DNA from: a virus
DNA length: 64,000 nucleotides
Virus record (IMG/VR): IMGVR_UViG_3300015263_000962
Span: 12,383-76,382 of that record
Reading direction: 5' to 3' (one strand)
The translations under genes and the position numbers were made by a program. The stretch's first letter is position 1, and the number at the start of each line of letters is the position of its first letter. This document shows, piece by piece, positions 28,741-38,947 of this stretch. The notes under the pieces were generated by a model. That model was not told the DNA's origin. It did not search any database and saw only the letters and a program-made list of their open reading frames with translations.

Positions 28741-29115
28741 TTAATTGTTTTCGGCGTAGTTGTATTCGTAGGAGATAACGAATCCGTCTTGAAGTTCTTC
28801 TGGGATCGCAATCGTGCCCATTTCATAACAAATGAAACCAAATCTCTCATCTGTCTCCTTCCATTGCAGTCGCCCATCTCCATCATCTGTGAACAACTTG
28901 TTGTTGCAAATACCGAAGATTGAGTTGTTCAACAAGCTGTGAAATTTCAGATTCGCCGTCACACTCATCAACTGTGCGACCCTTTCCCACTTCTGAGGCT
29001 TCTCGTCTTGGACGAACTGCCATTCATAGCAAAGATCCAAAGTGCATCCTTGAGCCAATTCTACGAGATTGAGCGTGTCTTTTACGTCACGTCTCTTCAA
29101 CCAATGATTTTTCAT
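28741..29115 (-). CDS. Stand-alone copy of MCP region ~125-248 with MKNHWL tag
   Basis: LVELAQG-CTLDLCYEWQFVQDE vs MCP LQQLASGDGNLEIFYTHQFVQNE; VISYEYN vs VMSYEYN. Confidence 0.7.
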   Translation of the reverse strand: MKNHWLKRRDVKDTLNLVELAQGCTLDLCYEWQFVQDEKPQKWERVAQLMSVTANLKFHSLLNNSIFGICNNKLFTDDGDGRLQWKETDERFGFICYEMGTIAIPEELQDGFVISYEYNYAENN

Positions 29116-29150
29116 TTTACCCTCAATTTGTTACCTAGTTTAAGTTAGTT

Positions 29151-31001
29151 CTACCAGCCGAATTCTTTAAGCAACGCATCGTGTCTGCGTTTGGCCCCGG
29201 TGGAGATTGGCAGATCATCGTCGTTGATCGACTCAAACATTTCTGCCTCTTCATCAGTCAGCCAGTCGTCAGGAGCATTCTTGGCGAGTTCGGCCCGGAT
29301 CTCATCCAAAATCTCAGCTTTGTATGCTTCCGAGTAATCTTCTGTGTCGCCAACGCCAGCAGGCGTGAATCGGCCCATGCTGTCTCGGGCATACAGTGCC
29401 AAACACAAAGCCATTACTGCATCATCATGGAAGCCACCCGAAGCTTCAGCACGTTTTGTCTGAGCATTCCAGATGAAACCCTTCAATTCTTTAACGAATC
29501 GACGGCTGCGAATAGCGATACTGTTGTTGATCAACCGTGTCTGCATTGTTTCAAGGAACTTCGGTCGATTGCTGCGTGTTGTCTTGATGCCAGCCTGCAA
29601 GGTTTTGCTGCTGGTGCCCTGAGAACTCTGGAACAAGTTCTCGTAGTAGAAGTCGTGTTGCAGTTTCTCCAACACTGTCAAGCCAGCGTTCTGTGATTCA
29701 ACAATGATCATGGCGTTGTTGTAGGTGCGACCGACTTGTGCCAAGATCTGAGCAAAGTTGTGCGGTGGACAGAGGTTTGAATAGAACTCTGCACATTGTT
29801 CACACGTCACTGCGTCGATGACCTCAAAGCAACTGTTGTCGTTCTCTTCGCCCATACCTTCAGCACAGTCAACGCCGATGATGTATTCTCGGCCCTCGAC
29901 AGGCTCACGCCAGATTTGTAGAGCCCCACGCTCCCATGTGTCGAGATCCTCCACCCGTTGGTCACGAGCTTCATCTAAGTTGTTCCACTTTTCGAACAAT
30001 AGACGAATTGGCTCAATCTCACGAGTTACGAGATCGAGATCGTTGATGATGTCAGGCGGGATGTAAGATTCACCGGCACCCAAGAAGTCACGCATAACTT
30101 CCTGAAGCCAACCTTTTTCACCAAGCTGAGCACGGGTCTGCTTGACCCAAACCGGGTCGTTGTATTCGGGGTGTTCCCAGTAGTCGAGTTCAATGATGTG
30201 GAACTCAGAACCGAATCCCACGCCCTTTTTCGCTCCCATGAACACGTCATAGTACCAGTTGCCCACGCCGTTCACCGTCGAGACGGCGATACAGTGACCA
30301 CCGGTCGAGATTGTCGGGAACATGGACTTCCAGTGTTTTTCCATTTGTGGCACGAAGGCCGCTTCGTCCAGAACCAGATATGTGATCGATCTACCACGAG
30401 CAGCTTCCGGGGTATAGAAGAACATCTTGCATCCGGTATCGGCGAACAACTTTTGGTGGTCGTTGTTCTTTTCCATTTCGGGGTGCATCCACTTGGGAAG
30501 CTCCTGCAAGGCTCTCTTAACGATTTCGCCAGAAGCGATAGCTTCACGGTCAGATTTCGACAACACCATGATGGTTTCGTCGAGCTTAAACATACATCGC
30601 CACATGCACCACAACACGGTTACGGTTGTCAGGCCACCTTGGCGGAATTTTGAAAGGATATTGAAGCGGTGTCGCTCATACTCCTGCACAACACGTCGCT
30701 GGTACTTGTACAAGATGAATGGGAGGAGACCCCGTTTCGGATGAGCAATCTTAACGTACTTGTGGCAGAAGTAAGGAAATGACATGGCACATTTCAGAAG
30801 TTCTTCCTTCTGTTTGGCTACGTCATATTCCTCAATCTCCTCGAAGGGTTCGAGGGGATCAATATCTAGTTCCCATTTGTTGAAGCCGAAATACTCGGGA
30901 TCATATTCGTTCGCATAGAACTCTTTTAAGGAACTGTAAGACTTCTTCCAGTTCGAATCGATGTCTGCAAATTTCTTCATGCGGGGTTCCTCCCAACTCA
31001 C
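29151..31001 (-). CDS. gp17: Terminase large subunit (gp17-like)
   Basis: KFRQGGLTT, LDEAAF, STVNG, IGVDCAEG, HDDAVMAL. Confidence 0.95.
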   Translation of the reverse strand: MSWEEPRMKKFADIDSNWKKSYSSLKEFYANEYDPEYFGFNKWELDIDPLEPFEEIEEYDVAKQKEELLKCAMSFPYFCHKYVKIAHPKRGLLPFILYKYQRRVVQEYERHRFNILSKFRQGGLTTVTVLWCMWRCMFKLDETIMVLSKSDREAIASGEIVKRALQELPKWMHPEMEKNNDHQKLFADTGCKMFFYTPEAARGRSITYLVLDEAAFVPQMEKHWKSMFPTISTGGHCIAVSTVNGVGNWYYDVFMGAKKGVGFGSEFHIIELDYWEHPEYNDPVWVKQTRAQLGEKGWLQEVMRDFLGAGESYIPPDIINDLDLVTREIEPIRLLFEKWNNLDEARDQRVEDLDTWERGALQIWREPVEGREYIIGVDCAEGMGEENDNSCFEVIDAVTCEQCAEFYSNLCPPHNFAQILAQVGRTYNNAMIIVESQNAGLTVLEKLQHDFYYENLFQSSQGTSSKTLQAGIKTTRSNRPKFLETMQTRLINNSIAIRSRRFVKELKGFIWNAQTKRAEASGGFHDDAVMALCLALYARDSMGRFTPAGVGDTEDYSEAYKAEILDEIRAELAKNAPDDWLTDEEAEMFESINDDDLPISTGAKRRHDALLKEFGW

Positions 31002-31104
31002 TGTTACCGAAAGTAGTTATTAAGGAACCTCGCATTTTTTCTCAGAAATTTTCTGGGGTTGTACTTTAAGATGCGTCTGGTAGAATCAGCCCAACATAGG
31101 AGAA

Positions 31105-32322
31105 TTGTATATGACGACCAAACAAGTCCTCGCCTTTCTGCTTACCTTGAGCACGCTCGGATGTATCGCTCTTGGTGTGAAGTACCTACATGACCATCGA
31201 GTCAAGCCACCAGTGGTGGTAGAACAACCTCCCAGCCACGACGGGGAAACGACCCCTCTCCCAGAGGTCAAAGAGCATACTGTCGAGGAAGCCGTCGCCT
31301 CGATCACAGAAGAGGAACTCAAGACGGACCTGTACTATTTGGCCTCTGACGAACTGGAAGGCCGCATGTCTGGTAAGAAGGGCAATGTAACGGCTGCGGC
31401 TTTCATTAAGGCCGAATATGAGAAGATGGGTCTGGAAACCATGTATCACAAGTTTCCGATTCGCCGTCTCAATCCGGGGCCGAAGAATGAGCAAGGTGAT
31501 GATTTCACTCAGAACATCTATGCTTGGATTCCCGGCAATGACCCGAAGTATAAGGACGAAATCATTGTCATCGGGGCACACATGGATCACATTGGCTATG
31601 GCCCCAGCATGTCTCGGGCTCCTCGCCGCTTGGAAATCCACAATGGAGCCGATGACAACGCCTCGGGCACTGTGGGTCTGCTGGAGATTGCCGAAGCCTT
31701 CTCGTTGGTTAAGGATAAAGTGAAGCGAACCATCGTCTTTCAGTCCTACAGTGCCGAAGAGATGGGCCTGATCGGCAGCCGCTACTATTGCGATCACCCG
31801 GTGTTTCCACAGGGAAGCCCAGACATCAAGAAGCACATCTTCATGTTGAACATGGACATGATCGGGTACTTAAACAAAGGCGTGTACTTCGCCGGGTTCG
31901 ATGCCGCTGAAAGCTCTGTTGACATTTCAGCCATAATCAACGATCTTAACGAAAAGTACACGTTTGCCAGAAGAATCACCAGCCGAGGGAGTGGCGGAAG
32001 TGATCACGCTTGCTTCTACAACAAAAAGGTGCCTATTGCTTTCCTCCACACTGGAGGGCACCCGTACTACCACACGCCAGACGATACAGCGGACAAAATC
32101 AATTACGCTGGTATCGAGCAAGTTGCCCGTTATGGCTTCGAGTTGGCGTGGAGAGTGGCGCAATCTGAAACGCCGCCTCGCTTCAACCATGCGTCCTTTA
32201 AGGAAATGGACTATGTTCATGACCATGGACATCCTGAAGTTCCGTTCGCTCATCCTTATCATCAGGAAGAGTGGGAACGTGAGCACGGACATCCACACAA
32301 TCACGGACGAGACGACGAATAG
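31105..32322 (+). CDS. M28-family metallopeptidase, membrane anchored
   Basis: GAHMDHIG, GADDNASG, AEEMGLIGS, NMDMIG, SDHA, YYHTPDD; start may be 31111. Confidence 0.92.
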   Translation: MYMTTKQVLAFLLTLSTLGCIALGVKYLHDHRVKPPVVVEQPPSHDGETTPLPEVKEHTVEEAVASITEEELKTDLYYLASDELEGRMSGKKGNVTAAAFIKAEYEKMGLETMYHKFPIRRLNPGPKNEQGDDFTQNIYAWIPGNDPKYKDEIIVIGAHMDHIGYGPSMSRAPRRLEIHNGADDNASGTVGLLEIAEAFSLVKDKVKRTIVFQSYSAEEMGLIGSRYYCDHPVFPQGSPDIKKHIFMLNMDMIGYLNKGVYFAGFDAAESSVDISAIINDLNEKYTFARRITSRGSGGSDHACFYNKKVPIAFLHTGGHPYYHTPDDTADKINYAGIEQVARYGFELAWRVAQSETPPRFNHASFKEMDYVHDHGHPEVPFAHPYHQEEWEREHGHPHNHGRDDE

Positions 32323-32334
32323 AAAGGTTCAAAC

Positions 32335-32784
32335 ATGACCAACGAAGAAATCATTGAATTGCTGCAAGAAGACCTGAAAAACGAACGAAAGCATTTGGCT
32401 GCATACACACAGTTTGCCGTCAATCTACGGGGCCTCCATCGAGAAGAACTCCGGGAGTTCTGTGAGAAGGAAGCCGCTGGCGAACTCCAGCACGTTCTAC
32501 AATTCTCAGAACTCATTGTCCATCTGGGCGGTGTTCCGGGCATCGAAGTCAACCCCTATCCAACCGACATCAGTTGTCCGGTGGCGATCATGAAGGCCAT
32601 CGTGGAAATGGAAGACGAAGTTGCCGATAAGTATGCCGAGCGTCTACGTCAGACGCACGAAATGGAGAATGCAGCGACGGCTTACGTCCATGTCTTCTAT
32701 GAAGAACAAATTGCCGACTCGTGGCGCACGGCCCGAGAGGTGGAGCAGATGATTCCACAAGGGAGGCACGTTGACCACGACTGA
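32335..32784 (+). CDS. Ferritin/bacterioferritin-like protein
   Basis: L.NE..H..Y, E..GELQH, LGGVP four-helix pattern. Confidence 0.75.
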   Translation: MTNEEIIELLQEDLKNERKHLAAYTQFAVNLRGLHREELREFCEKEAAGELQHVLQFSELIVHLGGVPGIEVNPYPTDISCPVAIMKAIVEMEDEVADKYAERLRQTHEMENAATAYVHVFYEEQIADSWRTAREVEQMIPQGRHVDHD

Positions 32785-33040
32785 CGTGAAGCTCTCCAAG
32801 AGAGAGATCCGAGTCCTGTTAGATGCCTTAGAAGAAGCGAATCGAAAGTACGTTTCACGGGGAGGTTCACGGGACTTCGCTTGGGAAGATGAGCATGATG
32901 CTTTGGAGAAAAGATTAACGGAAGCTCTTCAACAGTCACCTGAACCAAAGGGCAAAAGCGATCAGACGATTCAGGCTGTTATGGGGACCATCATCTTCCT
33001 CCAGATCATCTTTTTTGCGTACTTGTTCCTCTGCATGTAA
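32771..33040 (+). CDS. Small protein with C-terminal TM helix
   Basis: GGGAGG RBS, TTG start. Confidence 0.55.
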   Translation: MTTTDVKLSKREIRVLLDALEEANRKYVSRGGSRDFAWEDEHDALEKRLTEALQQSPEPKGKSDQTIQAVMGTIIFLQIIFFAYLFLCM

Positions 33041-33050
33041 GGATGCTGCA

Positions 33051-33431
33051 ATGTGGATCGTACTCGCTTTATTGCTGACTGGGCACATAGATCATGATCC
33101 AAGTCTCAAAGACAACGTGGAGATGATTGAACTCAATCATCTTTATGACGGTCAAGGAAAACTGGTGCTTGATCAATGGATCTTCTATGACTGGAGTGGT
33201 CGTTTATCCCAGTTTGTTGTGGTTGATTGGCGTCGGTCGAAGACCGACATATTTGTCTCCAAGAACTGGAAGACCGGCGAGTACAACCTGACTTTCTTTG
33301 ACGGGGATTATCTCCGAAAGATCAGGTCGAAGATCTATCGAGAAACGTGGACACAATACGATCCAGAGTTGAAGAACCGAGAGATTGTGCCGGTCGAACA
33401 CCGCAGACTTCTAACACCACCGAGAAAGTGA
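33051..33431 (+). CDS. Putative exported protein
   Basis: Short hydrophobic N-terminus. Confidence 0.6.
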   Translation: MWIVLALLLTGHIDHDPSLKDNVEMIELNHLYDGQGKLVLDQWIFYDWSGRLSQFVVVDWRRSKTDIFVSKNWKTGEYNLTFFDGDYLRKIRSKIYRETWTQYDPELKNREIVPVEHRRLLTPPRK

Positions 33432-33435
33432 AAAC

Positions 33436-34008
33436 ATGCCAACAGAACATGAGTACAAGTATGTGATTGATTTGGCTCTGGCCGACAAGTATTCCCACAA
33501 GGACATCAAGTCCATGGCCGACCATTTCACTCACATCAAACAGGGCTATCTGGCATTCTCTAAGGGAATGACGACTCGCATCCGCTGCATCACCACCACC
33601 AAGAAGGAGCGGTGGTACTTAACTTTCAAACAGAAAGTTGGCAACCGAGTCATAGAAGTTGAGAAGAAGATCGATTCTCGTGACGGCCACGATTTGTGGG
33701 AAGTTTGTGTCGGAAAATTAAAGAAAGATCGGTATGCCATCGATAATGAAGGTATCACATGGGAATTGGATTTCTTTAAGAAAGGCACCCTGTACTTCAT
33801 TTTGGCAGAAGTCGAATTGGAAGAAGGGGCACCAAGGCCGAAGAGTGTGCCGGGGTTTCTTAAGGAATACATTCTTTATGAAGTTCCCTTGACTGATGAC
33901 CGTTTTTCAAATAAAAGGTTAGGAGACGCAGAGTATGCGACTGGCCTTTACGCAGCGATTCAAAAAGGAGAAATCGATGGCTACTACAACGACACAGAGG
34001 ACACATAG
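33436..34008 (+). CDS. CYTH-domain protein (triphosphate tunnel metalloenzyme)
   Basis: EHEYKY, IKQGYL, RIR, LTFK, KDRY, WELDFF, AEVEL. Confidence 0.9.
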   Translation: MPTEHEYKYVIDLALADKYSHKDIKSMADHFTHIKQGYLAFSKGMTTRIRCITTTKKERWYLTFKQKVGNRVIEVEKKIDSRDGHDLWEVCVGKLKKDRYAIDNEGITWELDFFKKGTLYFILAEVELEEGAPRPKSVPGFLKEYILYEVPLTDDRFSNKRLGDAEYATGLYAAIQKGEIDGYYNDTEDT

Positions 34009-34327
34009 GAAGGTCTATGACCTTGTGTCCAAGAAGCCGGTTGCCCGCTTCTACTACCAAGGCAACCACACGCACCCAATTCGCCGCACCGTCCTCGTGA
34101 TCGAAGAAGACGACACGAAGCTGGTCGGCTACGAGTTCCGTGCCGGAAACGTCGTGCGAACTCGTGAAGAAGCGTTGTCCTGCATCCGTACTTACAGAAA
34201 GGATCGCATCGCCAAGTGGGGTGACTATTCTCGCCTCCGCATGACGACAAAGACGTTTCTCAAAGACCCGGACAAGACCACGCTTGAACGCTCGTCCATC
34301 GTCACGATGTTCAGCGAAGGACCATAA
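33977..34327 (+). CDS. WYL-like domain protein
   Basis: FYY..., RTYRKDRI similar to WYL RxFRxDRI. Confidence 0.5.
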   Translation: MATTTTQRTHRKVYDLVSKKPVARFYYQGNHTHPIRRTVLVIEEDDTKLVGYEFRAGNVVRTREEALSCIRTYRKDRIAKWGDYSRLRMTTKTFLKDPDKTTLERSSIVTMFSEGP

Positions 34328-34350
34328 CACCTTTGCGAATCAGGTGTTTT

Positions 34351-34374
34351 GAAAGACGCAGCAATGCGTCTTTC
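34351..34374 (+). terminator. Terminator hairpin
   Basis: gaaagacgca/tgcgtctttc plus T-run. Confidence 0.75.
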
Positions 34375-34405
34375 TTTTTGCGCCATCTTAAACTACAATG
34401 AAATC

Positions 34406-34903
34406 ATGAACGACAACTTTTTCCAACATATGATGAACCGAGGCTTCCTCATCTTTGAGGCCGGTACAAAATTTGTACTGACCAAACTTCCGACTCCTGC
34501 CGATCCTCGGCCTGCGATCACAGATGAAGTGAAGGCGAACACATCAGAGCTTGAGTTTGACTCATGGGATGCCGCTGTCGCTAAAGCCAAATACCTATGT
34601 CAATGGCAGGATCAAGTCAACGAAACCATTCCTCATCAAAACGGCACAGGGTGGTTGATGCAGATGATGTATCAGCATCGTGGCTTGGGTCGCAAGGTCG
34701 CTGAATTGGGCGAGGTTGGGCCTGTCAGCTACGACAAAGCCAAGGCAGAAGCCGAAGAGCGTGCCCGACGATATGTTGAAGATGGGTTCGCAGAAGGAGA
34801 AATCGAAAGATGGGAAGTAAGGATCAGGCCATTCAAGAAATCAATCAGCACTACCAGTCCAACCTCGCAGAACACAGCGATCAACGGCATCTCCGACTTC
34901 TAA
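34406..34903 (+). CDS. Hypothetical protein
   Basis: Open frame; start inferred. Confidence 0.55.
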   Translation: MNDNFFQHMMNRGFLIFEAGTKFVLTKLPTPADPRPAITDEVKANTSELEFDSWDAAVAKAKYLCQWQDQVNETIPHQNGTGWLMQMMYQHRGLGRKVAELGEVGPVSYDKAKAEAEERARRYVEDGFAEGEIERWEVRIRPFKKSISTTSPTSQNTAINGISDF

Positions 34904-35607
34904 AGCGATACGGAGAACAGTGCGATTCTATCACAGAGATCGGCTTTCGGGGCGGCGTCTCTGCCTCAGCCTTTCTGGCATCGTTGCCCAAAAAGTTCAC
35001 CGCAGTTGACTGGGATCGCCATCCCTTCAAAGTCAACCGGCTAGTTCTCAACGCCATGCAGCAGCGATCTGAGGCCGCTGGCATTCAGTTTGAGTTCATC
35101 AGCGGAGACAGCCTTCATGTGAGACTGGAGCCGTGTGACTTGCTGTTCATTGACAGCTTCCACACCTACGAGCATTTGTTCCTCGAATTGATCCGGCACC
35201 ATTGTCGGGCTCAGAAGTTCATCCTCTTACACGATACAGACGTGCCGACTTGTCCGGGGATGTTCCACGCTGTCGAGGACTTCTTGTTGGATAATTCTGA
35301 TCTGTGGGATCTGGAAGCAAGACATCGAGAGTCGCCCGGCTTGACGATTCTTCGCAGGAAGGCTCCCGACGATCATCGGGGCTATCCTCGGGTGGTAATA
35401 CGGACCTTGGAACTGGCTGTGGCCCGTCAGAAAGAGATGTACTATTCCCAAATTGATCAAACAGGATCTTCCAATCAGCAGTGGCATGATTGGGCTTGGA
35501 GCGAGTTGATGAGATTTTCTGATCGAGAGCGTTGGCCGCTTGCGAACAAGTCGAGCGGGGCAACCGAGATGGTTGCTTCATATCAATCTCGTCAAACAGA
35601 GAGTTGA
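34810..35607 (+). CDS. Class I SAM-dependent methyltransferase
   Basis: EIGFRGGVS, DLLFIDSFHTYEHL, LLHDT. Confidence 0.85.
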   Translation: MGSKDQAIQEINQHYQSNLAEHSDQRHLRLLKRYGEQCDSITEIGFRGGVSASAFLASLPKKFTAVDWDRHPFKVNRLVLNAMQQRSEAAGIQFEFISGDSLHVRLEPCDLLFIDSFHTYEHLFLELIRHHCRAQKFILLHDTDVPTCPGMFHAVEDFLLDNSDLWDLEARHRESPGLTILRRKAPDDHRGYPRVVIRTLELAVARQKEMYYSQIDQTGSSNQQWHDWAWSELMRFSDRERWPLANKSSGATEMVASYQSRQTES

Positions 35608-35643
35608 GGTCGTTGGAATACGCTGTCCTCTCCGTAACAAAAA

Positions 35644-35672
35644 CATGGCACCCCGTTTTTTGAGGTGCCATG
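35644..35672. terminator. Terminator hairpin
   Basis: catggcacc/ggtgccatg between convergent genes. Confidence 0.55.
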
Positions 35673-35739
35673 GAGTTTTGCTCGGAAGGAAAATTATACA
35701 GCTTGAAGTCTGTCCAAATTTTCCACCTTCTCTCTTTTG

Positions 35740-36348
35740 TTACATGACAAAGAACATGTATCCGAAGAAGGCCAACTGTGCGATCAGAATGCCTGCCATA
35801 ACGATGTTAATGACACCATCGTTTTTCTTCTTGTCAGCCACATTCTTCTCGACCACTGATTGGGCATTGAAGATTGGTTGCGGCTGTGGCTCATAAGCCA
35901 TTGGCATTGCTTCTGACTTGTGATGGATGACAGGCTCCATGTGCTCCATAAGAGCGGAGACACCTGCAACAACACCATCAGCTACCAGCTTGTCGATCTC
36001 ATCTTTGCGAACATAGTCGCCATCGACGATCTTGGCGTGGTCGGCCAGACCAATACGTTCACGCACTTGCATAGGCGGTTCTGCATCTCTGGAAATGACC
36101 TCACGCTGCACGACTTCACCGTCACGCACCAACTCATGAGTTTCTTTGGCGACGATCTTCTTATGCTCTCTGACAATTCGCTTTTCAAGTTTCTTCGGTC
36201 GTTTTTCCTCAGCAAAGATTTCAACAATCTCATTGCCATCTTCATCGAAGGAAATGTGACGTTCTGCGTGGCGACCGTCATCCAATGTCAGATGTTGAAT
36301 CTGCACATGGTCACAATGTTCGTCGCAGCAGTGATGCTTATTAGCCAT
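35740..36348 (-). CDS. Protein with C-terminal membrane anchor
   Basis: GGGAGG RBS; TACATA upstream; C-terminal TM helix. Confidence 0.7.
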   Translation of the reverse strand: MANKHHCCDEHCDHVQIQHLTLDDGRHAERHISFDEDGNEIVEIFAEEKRPKKLEKRIVREHKKIVAKETHELVRDGEVVQREVISRDAEPPMQVRERIGLADHAKIVDGDYVRKDEIDKLVADGVVAGVSALMEHMEPVIHHKSEAMPMAYEPQPQPIFNAQSVVEKNVADKKKNDGVINIVMAGILIAQLAFFGYMFFVM

Positions 36349-36436
36349 AATTCCCCTCCCGTGGGTAAGTTCATAGAGATGATCTACTACACCTCTATGT
36401 ATGCAGAGTTGATCGGATTTTGGGTGTGGATTTCGG

Positions 36437-37012
36437 TCAGAGACCCCACCTCATTCTGAGTCTTTCCCAGAACGATTGTTTTTTCTCACGGACTTTCAGG
36501 GCTCGCTCCTGATCGTGCTGGGCTTTGGATTCTTTTTCTTTTTTCTTGGACGCCGTGTACAGACGGTCGATCATGGATTCCCATTCTTCGAACGGAGCAT
36601 AGGCTTCAAGTTCGCCAGCCACTTCTTTGTAAACCAGATACCCTTTGTAGGTCACTGTCAGCTTGTGATTGGCTTGGTGGTACTGAACCTCCAAGTGCAT
36701 CCCTCGACTAAGCCCATCGAATATGTAGCCCTCGTGATGCACGAAGTCATCGCCCATCTCGGCGATCTCATCACGAGACACCAACGGACCTTTCTGTTCG
36801 CTCATTGTGGTCTCGAAAACCTCGTCCACAAAATCATCATAGGGATCATCCATGAAAACTTGATCAAAGAGACCACTGCCCTGACGCAGTATCGGACTGC
36901 CCAGAGTTCTCACAATCACGCCAAGCTTCCCAGAAGGCCCCATCAAATTCTTCTTCGTGGCTTCTATGGTTCGCTTTTCACGGATGACTGCTTCTTTTTG
37001 ATCCCAAGGCAT
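36437..37012 (-). CDS. Hypothetical protein
   Basis: AGGAGGAGG RBS. Confidence 0.7.
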   Translation of the reverse strand: MPWDQKEAVIREKRTIEATKKNLMGPSGKLGVIVRTLGSPILRQGSGLFDQVFMDDPYDDFVDEVFETTMSEQKGPLVSRDEIAEMGDDFVHHEGYIFDGLSRGMHLEVQYHQANHKLTVTYKGYLVYKEVAGELEAYAPFEEWESMIDRLYTASKKKEKESKAQHDQERALKVREKKQSFWERLRMRWGL

Positions 37013-37030
37013 CTTACCTCCTCCTGTTAA

Positions 37031-37042
37031 CCCTATATAGGG
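37031..37042. promoter_or_regulatory. Palindromic putative late promoter CCCTATATAGGG
   Basis: Perfect palindrome between divergent genes; TANATA box recurs upstream of many genes. Confidence 0.5.
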
Positions 37043-37053
37043 TGGAGGTTCTT

Positions 37054-38532
37054 ATGAAAATCGTAGACAAAGTAATGGAGTTTCTGGGCTTCGAAAAAGT
37101 TACCGAAGTGGGTGCCAACCGCAGTAGCCGCACTCGCTGGAGACGACGACCCGGTACAGCAAAAAGCCAATCCGTCAACAACGAACGGATTGAGTATGTG
37201 CTCAATGACATGAGCACGCCACAACTGGTAAAGATGGTCAACACACCACAACCACCAGCGGCCCCGAAGTTCGCAGTTAAGGATTTTGCCGGTGGCGGAT
37301 ATCCCAGAGGGAGCGTCCAGTCTCAAGCAGCCAACTGCGCCGTGACGATCAGCAACGTGCTGAATTTTCACACCAACTTCACAGACAAGCCGGTTCACAA
37401 GTGGAGTGGCACGCCTCTTCTGGCTGTGTTCCCGAGAGCCGGGCAGGATCTCAATGCGTACTACGACCGTCGCACCTTGAGTTTCTTCTATTTCGGCCAC
37501 AAGGCAATTGGCGGAACTGTGTTTGCCGCCGACTCGGCAGACATCGTGTCTCACGAACTTGGACATGCCATTTTGGACGCATACCGACCTGACACATGGG
37601 CTGCTGCCTCTCTGGAAGTGTGGGCTTTCCACGAAGCTTTCGGTGACTTGACAGCCATGATCAACCTGATGTCGCACCGGGAGATGTTGCTTTATGCCAT
37701 CAATCAGACAGGCGGCGATATGCGTAAGCCGAACGTCATCTCTAATCTCGCTGAAGATTTTGGCCGTGCGATCTTTAAGTTGACCGGACCAGCAAGCGGG
37801 CGTAACCCAGCTTACCTGAGAAGTGCCATTAACGATTTCAAGTATGTGAACCCCGGCACACTGCCAGAAGAAGCTCCAGACAACAAGTTGGCCGCAGAGT
37901 GCCACAGCTTTTCCAGAATCTTCACTGGTGCCTTTTATGACATTCTCGTAATGATCTACGAAGATATCAGAAGCAAGGGAAACCTCGGTCCCGTTGACTC
38001 CTTGGCCCAAGCACGCAACTGGTTGTGGAAGTATGTGCTCAAAGCCATTCAGAACGCTCCGATGAACGTCAAGTTCTTTGAGTCTGTGGCAAAGACTATG
38101 TTGTGGGCCGATGTGACCCTGAACAACAAGACCTATCATGATCGCATGATGGAAATCTTCATGAATCGAAACATGATGACTCCTCAGTTCCGAATTCTTT
38201 CGGCACCGACCTGCGACAACGACAACGCCATCATGACAACTCAAAGCAAGATGACCCTCAAATTGGGCGATCACCTGCTGCGAGCCCAGTCCAACAACCC
38301 GTTGTATGATGTGGAAATCGAAATCCCACAAGATTCGGTCTTTCTGTACGACAACAACAAGCAGTTGATCGATGCGATCTCCTGCTCGGACGAAGATGCC
38401 TTGAGTGGTGCTCAAGACATGATTACCTACCTGCACTCTGCACGTCTGGTGGATGATACAGACAAGACGCCGTTTGCAGTTCAAGAAGGCAAGTTGGTTC
38501 GAACCCACTTTGCCTGCAAGTGCTGTCGATAA
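37054..38532 (+). CDS. Thermolysin/fungalysin-like (M4/M36) zinc metalloprotease
   Basis: NAYYD, DIVSHELGHAILD, AFHEAFGD, ECH. Confidence 0.88.
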   Translation: MKIVDKVMEFLGFEKVTEVGANRSSRTRWRRRPGTAKSQSVNNERIEYVLNDMSTPQLVKMVNTPQPPAAPKFAVKDFAGGGYPRGSVQSQAANCAVTISNVLNFHTNFTDKPVHKWSGTPLLAVFPRAGQDLNAYYDRRTLSFFYFGHKAIGGTVFAADSADIVSHELGHAILDAYRPDTWAAASLEVWAFHEAFGDLTAMINLMSHREMLLYAINQTGGDMRKPNVISNLAEDFGRAIFKLTGPASGRNPAYLRSAINDFKYVNPGTLPEEAPDNKLAAECHSFSRIFTGAFYDILVMIYEDIRSKGNLGPVDSLAQARNWLWKYVLKAIQNAPMNVKFFESVAKTMLWADVTLNNKTYHDRMMEIFMNRNMMTPQFRILSAPTCDNDNAIMTTQSKMTLKLGDHLLRAQSNNPLYDVEIEIPQDSVFLYDNNKQLIDAISCSDEDALSGAQDMITYLHSARLVDDTDKTPFAVQEGKLVRTHFACKCCR

Positions 38533-38541
38533 GGAGATTTT

Positions 38542-38847
38542 ATGACTTGTTCTAATTGTGGTCCCAGCAAATACTCGCCCGAATACAACCGGAGGTTTAA
38601 GCCAGAAAATGCCTCCGGTTGTTGTGGCGGCAATAGCCCTGACTGCGACGTTCCCAGCAAGGCCGTCGAAGGCAGTCCGCTCTGGGACTGGGAACAGGAG
38701 CACGGAAAACTCGTTGCCCACATCACTAAGAAGCTCGGGGACGACGGAAGATTCTTTCTGGAGATCGAACGTGTCGCCTGCGGGAAGTCCAGCACCCGCC
38801 AAGAGAGAAAAGGCTGCTGTTCCTTAAAATACCGGGTCGTCAGATAG
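38542..38847 (+). CDS. Small Cys-rich protein
   Basis: AAGGAG RBS; CSNC, GCCGG, GCC. Confidence 0.6.
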   Translation: MTCSNCGPSKYSPEYNRRFKPENASGCCGGNSPDCDVPSKAVEGSPLWDWEQEHGKLVAHITKKLGDDGRFFLEIERVACGKSSTRQERKGCCSLKYRVVR

Positions 38848-38947
38848 CCGGTTTTCTGTAATTATTTGGATCGAGATCCGCTTGCGTTTTTTAAGTAACG
38901 GATCTACTATACTCTTACGTCTCTCAAACAAGGTAGGAGGTGATCCG

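Noticed and set aside
37033-38802. 589-aa minus-strand ORF
   Set aside because: Antisense shadow of the metalloprotease gene; no motifs
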